From the NCBI GenBank assembly GCA_045639725.1, contig JAZUDR010000239.1, forward strand, positions 1-49,153: a stretch of 49,153 bases of DNA. The letters run 5' to 3'. Under the pieces are notes generated by a model. The model worked only from the letters and a program-made list of their open reading frames with translations. It did no database searches and was not told where the DNA came from. Shown in pieces: positions 1 to 6,834 of the stretch (the stretch's first letter is position 1; the number at the start of each line of letters is the position of its first letter). The position numbers and the translations under genes are program-made. Origin of the DNA: Candidatus Avigastranaerophilus sp. Its GTDB lineage: Bacteria; Muiribacteriota; Ozemobacteria; Ozemobacterales; Ozemobacteraceae.

Positions 1-1044
1 TGTCTTCCTAAGACCGCTTTCCGACTTCTGGGCACAACCGAGTTTGCCATCAGGCTTACGAATACGCTTTTCCACAATACCGACGTCAACATTATAGCCT
101 CGATATCTTAGTTCGTTAAAAACCACATTTTCCATAAGATGAGGCTTTTCAATCTGGCTGAAACCAAGCTTTGCGTTTCTCAAGCCTACATCTTCAAAAT
201 AGTATTTAATTGGGCTTCCAATGTATTTGCGCCCCTTTACGTCATAACGCTTAGCTTCACAAATGATGAAAGCATCCTTTAAGTATTCGATATATTTAAA
301 GATAGTATTTAAGCAGATATTCGACTTGATACGACTTTTAAAAGTGGCTTCCAACCGGCTGGGATTTGTAAGGGAACCGATAGATGACGCCAATATGCTG
401 ACGATATCTTCTAATTCCTGAGTTTTTTCGATTTTATTTCTATTAACAATATCCTTTATATAGGTTTCAGCAAACAGATTTGAAAGATATGCAACCTTCT
501 GTTCTTCCGTTTTCATTGTGGAAACCAAAGGCAGACCACCATAAATCATGTAATCTGCAAAACCATTGTAAACATCGCCATTATAGACAGACATAAATTC
601 ATTAAAGCTAAGCGGATAAACATGGACTTCGTCACCACGTCCACGGAATTCTGTAATAATGTCTTTGGAAAGGAACTTTGAGTTGCTGCCGGTAACATAT
701 ACGTCAACATTATGTATGTGCAGCAAAGAGTTTAATACTGATTCAAAGTCATTTAGCAGTTGGATTTCGTCAATAAGAATGTAGTATTCTTTGTTGTCTT
801 TTAGGCATGATTTTATATATTCAAGAATATAGTCAGGGTCGCAATACTTTTTGTTTTCTCTTCTATCTAATTCTATTGAAATTATATGATTTTTTTTTAT
901 GCCTTGGCTAAGAAGGTATTCATAGAAAATTTTGAATATAAGATACGATTTACCAGATCTTCGTATGCCTGTAACAACCTTTATCATTCCGTTATGCATT
1001 CTATTTATAAGGTCATTCAGGTATTTGTCGCGTTTTATATTCAT
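1..1044 (-). CDS. AAA+ ATPase, DUF4143/COG1373-type (C-terminus runs off the window)
   Basis: Absent from the ORF track because no stop lies in the window. My reverse-strand translation from ATG 1044..1042 reads MNIKRDKYLNDLINRMHNGMIKVVTGIRRSGKSYL (Walker A GxxxxGKS), then YYILIDEIQ (Walker B). The frame stays open for 348 codons to position 1. An AGGTG RBS lies just upstream. Confidence 0.8.
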   Translation of the reverse strand, partial: MNIKRDKYLNDLINRMHNGMIKVVTGIRRSGKSYLIFKIFYEYLLSQGIKKNHIISIELDRRENKKYCDPDYILEYIKSCLKDNKEYYILIDEIQLLNDFESVLNSLLHIHNVDVYVTGSNSKFLSKDIITEFRGRGDEVHVYPLSFNEFMSVYNGDVYNGFADYMIYGGLPLVSTMKTEEQKVAYLSNLFAETYIKDIVNRNKIEKTQELEDIVSILASSIGSLTNPSRLEATFKSRIKSNICLNTIFKYIEYLKDAFIICEAKRYDVKGRKYIGSPIKYYFEDVGLRNAKLGFSQIEKPHLMENVVFNELRYRGYNVDVGIVEKRIRKPDGKLGCAQKSESGLRKT

Positions 1045-1054
1045 AACCACACCT

Positions 1055-1102
1055 GTTATAATGAAATAAAAGCGTAAATTTACGCTTTTATTTCATTATA
1101 AC
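1055..1102. repeat. 48-bp perfect palindrome (24+24) directly upstream of the ATPase RBS
   Basis: gttataatgaaataaaagcgtaaa | tttacgcttttatttcattataac, with the symmetry centre between 1078 and 1079. It contains TATAAT-like hexamers in both arms. Confidence 0.9.
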
Positions 1103-1252
1103 TAATTTTTATCAGCCAGTAAAGTTTAAAACTAGAAATTTGAAAGCTTATGCCAAATATTTTATAAAAGTTATCTTTTTAGATAACCCCAACCCCGGGG
1201 GTGAAAAGAGGTCTTAGTATAGAATAACGCACTGCAAGTTTTTTAAGCTGAT

Positions 1253-1385
1253 AGCGGCTGCTTGTTTTCGGCCAATAGCCAATAGCCAATAGCTACAAGC
1301 CTATTGCAACAAACGTTATACTTGCTTCGTATTTAATAATGTCCCGCTTCCCGCTTCTAGCTTCCTGCTTCTAGCTTTATGCTTC
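1253..1385 (+). repeat. Dispersed intergenic repeat, copy A (inverted relative to copy B at 42425..42570)
   Basis: It aligns by eye over about 130 nt with the reverse complement of 42425..42570. Shared blocks include gcggc(c)tgcttgtt(t/c)tcggcc, aagcctattgcaaca(a/g)acgttatact(t/c)gcttcgtatttaataatg and GCTTC-rich tails. It contains the 7-mer tandem CCAATAG x3 at 1272..1292. Confidence 0.8.
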
Positions 1386-1486
1386 ATTCACAGCCGCAGG
1401 CTCATTCATTGTATTAGCGAACCCAACCTCCAATTCCCAACTCCGCCTGTTGTACGAAGGTCACGTAGTGGGGCAGAGCATTCTCT

Positions 1487-1514
1487 TTGTAAATTCTAAC
1501 ATTTGTGCTATAAT
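1487..1514 (+). promoter_or_regulatory. Candidate sigma70-type promoter of the oxidoreductase operon
   Basis: TTGTAA (1487..1492), a 16-nt spacer, then TATAAT (1509..1514) preceded by TGc (extended -10). AAGGAG RBS at 1546..1551, ATG at 1561. Confidence 0.5.
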
Positions 1515-1560
1515 TCAAGGTTGAAATATTATCATAAGTATATTCTAAGGAGTTCTATCA

Positions 1561-2643
1561 ATGGCTAAGCGATTGATGAAAGGCTGTGAAGCATTGGCTG
1601 AAGCAGCCATTCTGGCCGGCTGTAGATATTATTTTGGTTCACCAGTAGCCCAGCAGAGTGAATTGTCTTCATATCTGATTAAGCATTTGGCACTGGTTGG
1701 CGGTTCTTATGTTCAAGCCGCAGATGAAATTTCTGCAATAAATATGGTTTATGGCGCCTCTGCAGCAGGTGCGCGCGTTATGACCGCTGGTTCAAGCACC
1801 GGAATGAGCCTCAAACAAGAAGGAATTTCTGGTATTGCTGCTTCTGAACTTCCATGTGTAATAGTAAACACTATGTGTGGCGGTTCTGTAGCAGGTGCTT
1901 CATGTCCAGCCCAGGCAGACTATTGGCAGGCAACCCGTGGCGGTACACATGGCGATTATAGAAACATCGTTCTTGCACCAAATTCCGTTCAGGAAATGGC
2001 TGATATGACTATTGCCGGCTTTAATTATGCAGACAGATTCAGAACTCCTGTTTTGATATTAGCTGATAGTATTGTATCCCAGATGATGGAACCTGTAGAA
2101 CTCCCAGAATCTCCATTAGACTATGATATGGATAGCAAAAAATGGTCTCTCGGTCTTCCTGGAACCAGCAAGCACAACAAGAATGTCTGTGCTTCTACCT
2201 TTACTGTTCAGGACGAGCTTGAAGAACACAACTGGCATCTTTATCAGAAGTATCAGGTTATTGGTAAACATTTTACTGAAGAAAACAAAGACCTGGCTAT
2301 TGAAGAATATATGTGCGATGACGCAGAAATCGTTCTTGTAGGCTATGGAATCATCGCCAGACTTCTTAAGACCGTTGTTGAAAAATGTAGAAAACGCGGT
2401 GTTAAGGCTGGTCTTGCCAGACCAAAGGTTTTGTGGCCATTCCCAACTCAGGCTTTCAAGAAGCTTGCTCAGAATACTGAAAAATTCATGGTTATTGAGA
2501 TGTCCTGCGGCCAGATGGTCGAAGACGTTAAGATGGCTGTGAACGGTTCTAAGCCTGTATACTTCTTTGGTAGAACCGGCGGCGCTGTTCCTTCTGATTT
2601 CGAAATCTTCAACGAAGTCAGCAAATTGGTTTGCTTAGACTGA
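1561..2643 (+). CDS. 2-oxoacid:ferredoxin oxidoreductase alpha-subunit-like protein (divergent)
   Basis: KGCEALAEAAILAGCRYYFGSP..., DEISAINMVYGASAAGARVMTAGSS and GTHGDY all match the KorA/PorA layout. The usual GYPITPSSE and RGGPSTGLPT motifs are altered to GSPVAQQSE and CGGSVAGASCPA. Confidence 0.7.
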   Translation: MAKRLMKGCEALAEAAILAGCRYYFGSPVAQQSELSSYLIKHLALVGGSYVQAADEISAINMVYGASAAGARVMTAGSSTGMSLKQEGISGIAASELPCVIVNTMCGGSVAGASCPAQADYWQATRGGTHGDYRNIVLAPNSVQEMADMTIAGFNYADRFRTPVLILADSIVSQMMEPVELPESPLDYDMDSKKWSLGLPGTSKHNKNVCASTFTVQDELEEHNWHLYQKYQVIGKHFTEENKDLAIEEYMCDDAEIVLVGYGIIARLLKTVVEKCRKRGVKAGLARPKVLWPFPTQAFKKLAQNTEKFMVIEMSCGQMVEDVKMAVNGSKPVYFFGRTGGAVPSDFEIFNEVSKLVCLD

Positions 2644-2657
2644 AAGGAGAAGACGAA

Positions 2658-3263
2658 ATGACTATGAATTTTCAACCAGATACTTTCCAGACCATGGTTG
2701 TGGAAGCTGTAAACAAAGTAAATCCTAAGAAGGGTATTGTTGGTGTTGCACCAGTAAGCTGTGGCGCATTTATATACGATGGTTTTGATTTCGACTTCTG
2801 TCAGTCTGTTCCAGGCTGCGCTCCTGCTGTTGCTTCCGGTATCAAAAGAGTAAGACCGGATGCTTTGGTATTTACTTATCAGAATGCTGTAGACCTCGCT
2901 GCTGCTGGTATTTCTGAAGTAATTCATGCTGCAAATAGAAACGAAAACGTAACCGTAATTTATATAAACAACGGTGGAGCAGGCTTCGACGGTGAAAATA
3001 GCGGTAGAATCAAGCTTTGCGAACTTGTTTCCAGCATCGGGAATGCTGCTTATGTCACTAGAGTTGCTGCTACAGAAAAAGACCAGACTGCTGCTGTTAA
3101 AGCTGTTGAAAACGCTTTCAAGCTTCAGCTGGAAGGTAAAGGCTTCACTTTTGTAGAAATCCTTTCTGTCTCTGATGATGAAGATGATCCAGAATCTAAG
3201 GCTTTATTGGCTGATTTGCCTGTTAAGACCTTTAAAGATAATTTTGGCGTTGAAAAAGCCTGA
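2658..3263 (+). CDS. 2-oxoacid:ferredoxin oxidoreductase beta-subunit-like protein (short, TPP/Mg motif degenerate)
   Basis: I prefer the internal ATG at 2658, with AAGGAG at 2644..2649, over the track start at 2631. EVIHAANRNENVTVIYINNGG aligns to the HxxRRN...NN part of the TPP-binding motif. The upstream GDG is QNA, and the N-terminal CPGCG region is missing. Confidence 0.6.
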   Translation: MTMNFQPDTFQTMVVEAVNKVNPKKGIVGVAPVSCGAFIYDGFDFDFCQSVPGCAPAVASGIKRVRPDALVFTYQNAVDLAAAGISEVIHAANRNENVTVIYINNGGAGFDGENSGRIKLCELVSSIGNAAYVTRVAATEKDQTAAVKAVENAFKLQLEGKGFTFVEILSVSDDEDDPESKALLADLPVKTFKDNFGVEKA

Positions 3264-3285
3264 CACTGAATAAAGGAGCAAAAAT

Positions 3286-3879
3286 ATGTCTTCAACTGTA
3301 GAAAGAGTAATATTGGCTGGTTTCAGTGGTCATGGTATTTTCTTTATGGGAAATGTTATGGCTGAAGCAGGCATGAGAGCCGGCAAAAATGTTTCTTTGG
3401 TTCCTTCATATAGCTCAGAACCAAAGGGCGGGCTTATCAACTGCGCTCTGCTTATGTCTGAAAAGGAAATCGCATCTCCGATGATTACTGTTCCTGATAC
3501 AGTAATTGCTATGAATAGAACTTCTGTAAATAAATTCAATCAGAAGATTAAAGGCGGCGGAATGCTGATGTATAACTCTTCTTTGATTGACCGCCAGGAA
3601 TTCCGCGATGATATAAGACTTGTCGAAATTCCCGCAACTGAAATAGCTGCTGACTTGGGAGAACAGAAATATGCCAATATGGTGATGGCTGGCGCTTATG
3701 CCAAGTTTAGCAAATTAATCACAATCGAAGAAATTGAAAATTCTCTCAGATTCTTATTGAAGGATGAAGACAAGGAAGTTATCGAGCTCAATCTTGAAGC
3801 AATCAAGAAGGGTTATGATTACGTTGAAGAAAAGAAATACATGTTTGGCCGTTATGTCCATTCTGTATTCCGTGTATGA
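3286..3879 (+). CDS. 2-oxoacid:ferredoxin oxidoreductase gamma-subunit-like protein
   Basis: VILAGFSGHGIFFMGNVMAEAG...SYSSEPKGG...SPMITVPDTVIAMN follows the POR-gamma pattern (GxGGQG...YGPExRGG...SP). Compact operon spacing with an RBS. Confidence 0.7.
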   Translation: MSSTVERVILAGFSGHGIFFMGNVMAEAGMRAGKNVSLVPSYSSEPKGGLINCALLMSEKEIASPMITVPDTVIAMNRTSVNKFNQKIKGGGMLMYNSSLIDRQEFRDDIRLVEIPATEIAADLGEQKYANMVMAGAYAKFSKLITIEEIENSLRFLLKDEDKEVIELNLEAIKKGYDYVEEKKYMFGRYVHSVFRV

Positions 3880-3891
3880 CTTGGAGTAAAT

Positions 3892-4230
3892 ATGTCACAG
3901 TTACCAGAACTCATTAAAATCGTTGTAGAACAGCTTCAGGACAAAAAGGCTGAAGATTTGGTTGTTCTTGATGTCAGAAAATTAGTTAATTACACAGATT
4001 ATCTGATTATTGCTACAGGTAATTCTGCACCTCATGCCCAGACTCTGGCTGATTCTGTTGGTAAGCTTATAAAGAGACCAGAAGAAGGTATCAAACAGGA
4101 AACTGACCCGACTTCAAACTGGTTGCTTATTGACGGCGGCGAATTCATTCTCCATGTATTCCAGCCAAATGCCAGAAAGTTCTATAATCTTGAAGACCTC
4201 TGGGAAGAAGCCGAAAGAGTAGAAATCTAA
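3892..4230 (+). CDS. rsfS: Ribosome silencing factor RsfS (iojap family)
   Basis: 112 aa. DYLIIATGNS...WLLIDGGEFILHVFQPNARKFYNLEDLW is the typical RsfS signature. GGAG RBS present. Confidence 0.85.
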   Translation: MSQLPELIKIVVEQLQDKKAEDLVVLDVRKLVNYTDYLIIATGNSAPHAQTLADSVGKLIKRPEEGIKQETDPTSNWLLIDGGEFILHVFQPNARKFYNLEDLWEEAERVEI

Positions 4231-4268
4231 TCTTATTTCCATACCCCCCCTAACCCCGGCTGTTTATT

Positions 4269-4967
4269 ATGATTCCTCATTGCCGCATAATTGAACCTAA
4301 TCTTTGTGGAGCACTCAGCGATGATAATCGTCATCGCATTGAACGTGTTCTGCGTTTACGGCCAGGTGATAAATTTGTTATTACCGATGGTTGTGGCAAT
4401 GAGGCAGAAGCTGTTTTGGAAAAGAACGGCCAATACAGTGCCGAAGCCTGGACTGAACCAGGTCGTGAACCGGATGTGGAAGTAACCCTTTTTGTGGCTA
4501 TTTCCAAAGGTGACCGTCTCGAATGGATAATTGAAAAAGCAGTAGAGATGGGAGTTAGACGCATCGTTCCTATTATTTCTGATAGATGTATTGTTAAGGA
4601 TCCAAGCAAAGGGAAAGCAGAGCGCTGGCAGAAAATCGCTGAATCTGCAATGATTCAGTGCGGCGGTTGTATTCTTCCTGAAGTAACTGCACCGGTGAAG
4701 CTTAATTCAATAGAAAAGCCAAAAGACGATGTTTACCCGGTTCTGTTACACGAAGAAACCTTAGATTGTTCTATTAAAGGCCTACAGGAAACCTCCTGCA
4801 GGAAGATATGGGTTGCTTCCGGACCAGAAGGTGGCTTTACTGATGCCGAAGTAAAATATTTTATTGATTCTGGCTGGAAAACAATATGGCTTGGCAAGCG
4901 TCTTTTCCGTATGGATACCGCTCCAATATTTGCTATTGCCAATATCATTGCTCCACGCTTGTTTTAA
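4269..4967 (+). CDS. rsmE: 16S rRNA (uracil1498-N3)-methyltransferase RsmE
   Basis: 232 aa. HRIERVLRLRPGDKFVITDG is the N-terminal PUA-like region, and SGPEGGFTDAEV is the SPOUT C-terminal motif. Confidence 0.8.
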   Translation: MIPHCRIIEPNLCGALSDDNRHRIERVLRLRPGDKFVITDGCGNEAEAVLEKNGQYSAEAWTEPGREPDVEVTLFVAISKGDRLEWIIEKAVEMGVRRIVPIISDRCIVKDPSKGKAERWQKIAESAMIQCGGCILPEVTAPVKLNSIEKPKDDVYPVLLHEETLDCSIKGLQETSCRKIWVASGPEGGFTDAEVKYFIDSGWKTIWLGKRLFRMDTAPIFAIANIIAPRLF

Positions 4968-5059
4968 GGCCTTTTACAAGCCACTAAACTATTATAAAAT
5001 AATTATAAACTATTTCCACTTATTGATGGTATACTTGTACAACGTTAAGGGAGTTGTAT

Positions 5060-6541
5060 ATGAAAAATAATCTGTCTCGTACATTGTTGATTCTAACAGC
5101 TTTAATGCTTATTAATAGCTATGACTCCAATTGTTATGCTTCACCATTCAGTGATGATGGAGACTTGTCTATAAAGGATAAAATTTCTGAAGGCTATAAG
5201 AACCTTAAGAAAAAAGCTAATGATGTTAAGGAAGATATCGTTGACGCAGTTTCTGATGGTTATGAAACTGTAAAAGATAAAGCAAGTGATATAAAAGAAG
5301 ACTTTGTAGAAGGGGTTGGAATTATTAAAGATACTATCAGCGACAAGGCTGATAAGGCAAAAAAGAAAGTAACCAGCGGTGCCGGCTCTGTTAAGAATTT
5401 CTTTGTTGATGGCTATCAGTCTGTTACAAAGAAGATAAATTCTGCATTTAATAACGATAGCTACCCGGGTTACATCAATAATGCTATTTTCTTGCCTGGT
5501 CACGAAAGTAAGGAAATGGTATGTCAGGGTATTGCATTCTTGAAGGTTGATGTAAAGAACGATTCTAATCAGGTTACAGGTACTTTTGACAGATATATTC
5601 TTCTTTCATATTATCCCAAATCAAGTGATCAGCCATCTCAGCTTGTTGTAATAGACAGAGCTAATGGCAATGGCAAACCAATCAGACGTTTCCCATTATA
5701 TAAGAGCGAAAGCAAGGCTTATACTGGTCATGCCGGCGGTATTGCTGTTGCAGGCAATTATGTCTGGGTTGCTTCTGGAAACAAGATTTTTGGTTTCAGC
5801 AAAGATGAAATACTTGATTTTATAAATGAAACAAATGTTCAGGCTGAAGCTGTAAATGGCTTGCCTGATAGCTTTGATGAACTTCCTGCCAAGAACCTGA
5901 TTTGTAAGCAGAGCTATGGCGTAGATAGTAAAGCTAGCTATGTAAGCTTTGACGGCACCTATATTTGGGTTGGCGACTTCACTAAGGCCTCCAGTAGTGA
6001 TTACAAGCCTGTAAAACATCATAAGGCTTTTGACCGTAATTGCTGGATAGCCGGTTATAAGGTGGATTCAACTGGTATGCCAACTTCTGATACAGAATAT
6101 ACATATACTGCAGGCGATTCCAGTTATACTGTTCATAAGCCGGACGCAGTTATTGCTATGCGTGAATCTGTTCAGGGTATGGCTGTATGTGGTAATCATG
6201 TTGCATTGACTATTTCATACGGTGCTCAGAATTCTAAGCTGGCCTTATACAATAACCCATTAACAACTGGCGCTACTCAATTCTCATATAAGCCGGCAGG
6301 GCAGGATGAAACCTTTACTGTTGACGCATGGGAACTTGAAAACAAGAAGAACTGGGTTAATACAGTAACTCTTGCTGCAGGCGCAGAAGACCTCGAATAC
6401 GATGGTAAAGACCTTTATGTAACCTTTGAATGCTCTTCAAAGAACTATAGGCAGAAATGGATTAACATAAATCCAACTATTAAACTGACTGACGATTTCT
6501 ACCTGATTGATGTAGATAAAGCAGTCGCTTATGATGACTAA
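5060..6541 (+). CDS. Secreted protein of unknown function (N-terminal amphipathic K/D/E repeats, large C-terminal globular domain)
   Basis: ATG at 5060 follows AAGGGAG; the track start at 5054 is TTG. A signal-peptide-like LLILTALMLINSYDSNCYA is present. Repeated ...DVKEDIVDAVSDGYETVKDKASDIKEDFVEG... units follow. I recognise no family for the C-terminal part. Confidence 0.6.
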   Translation: MKNNLSRTLLILTALMLINSYDSNCYASPFSDDGDLSIKDKISEGYKNLKKKANDVKEDIVDAVSDGYETVKDKASDIKEDFVEGVGIIKDTISDKADKAKKKVTSGAGSVKNFFVDGYQSVTKKINSAFNNDSYPGYINNAIFLPGHESKEMVCQGIAFLKVDVKNDSNQVTGTFDRYILLSYYPKSSDQPSQLVVIDRANGNGKPIRRFPLYKSESKAYTGHAGGIAVAGNYVWVASGNKIFGFSKDEILDFINETNVQAEAVNGLPDSFDELPAKNLICKQSYGVDSKASYVSFDGTYIWVGDFTKASSSDYKPVKHHKAFDRNCWIAGYKVDSTGMPTSDTEYTYTAGDSSYTVHKPDAVIAMRESVQGMAVCGNHVALTISYGAQNSKLALYNNPLTTGATQFSYKPAGQDETFTVDAWELENKKNWVNTVTLAAGAEDLEYDGKDLYVTFECSSKNYRQKWININPTIKLTDDFYLIDVDKAVAYDD

Positions 6542-6569
6542 TCTATAGCTTTTTAACTCCCTTTCATGC

Positions 6570-6610
6570 GCGGGGCTGTCTGAATACTCAGGCGGCCCCG
6601 CGTCTTTTAT
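6570..6610 (+). terminator. Rho-independent terminator after the secreted-protein gene
   Basis: The stem is cgcggggc (6570..6577) paired with gccccgcg (6596..6603), followed by tctttta. Confidence 0.65.
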
Positions 6611-6780
6611 CTCTCCAAACCACGCCAAAACAGTGCCAACCAGGCGACGCTGCCGCCAACAATGCCCACCAAACCAACAGCCTTATTGATAACATACCTT
6701 TTACTTTCTTTTATTTCATTTTTATATATGTTTACATAATATTTTATATTTTACTGTTTAAAAAATAAGCAAAATTTGAC

Positions 6781-6820
6781 AAAAAAAGTCCTCAAGGTTT
6801 CATATGAAACATTGAGGACT
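6781..6820 (-). terminator. Rho-independent terminator of the ligase-ACP-HMGR gene
   Basis: On the minus strand the hairpin agtcctcaatg...ccttgaggact (one mismatch) is followed by a T7 run, seen as an A-run at 6781..6787 on the plus strand. Confidence 0.7.
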
Positions 6821-6834
6821 TTTGTAATTTTAGA

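Noticed and set aside
886-1077. A 63-aa plus-strand ORF from the track.
   Set aside because: It overlaps the 5' part of the minus-strand DUF4143 ATPase gene, which has clear Walker motifs, and it ends inside the 48-bp palindrome. It is spurious.
1184-1203. A C-run motif ending in AACCCCGG, seen at 1184..1203 and again at 4244..4258. Related CCCCC/GGGGG hairpin words occur at 12697..12726.
   Set aside because: Only an 8-mer is truly shared, which is close to chance expectation for a window of this size on both strands. The evidence is insufficient to call a repeat family.
2469-2927. A 152-aa minus-strand ORF spanning the alpha/beta junction of the oxidoreductase operon.
   Set aside because: It is antisense to two well-supported, RBS-preceded genes and has no motifs.
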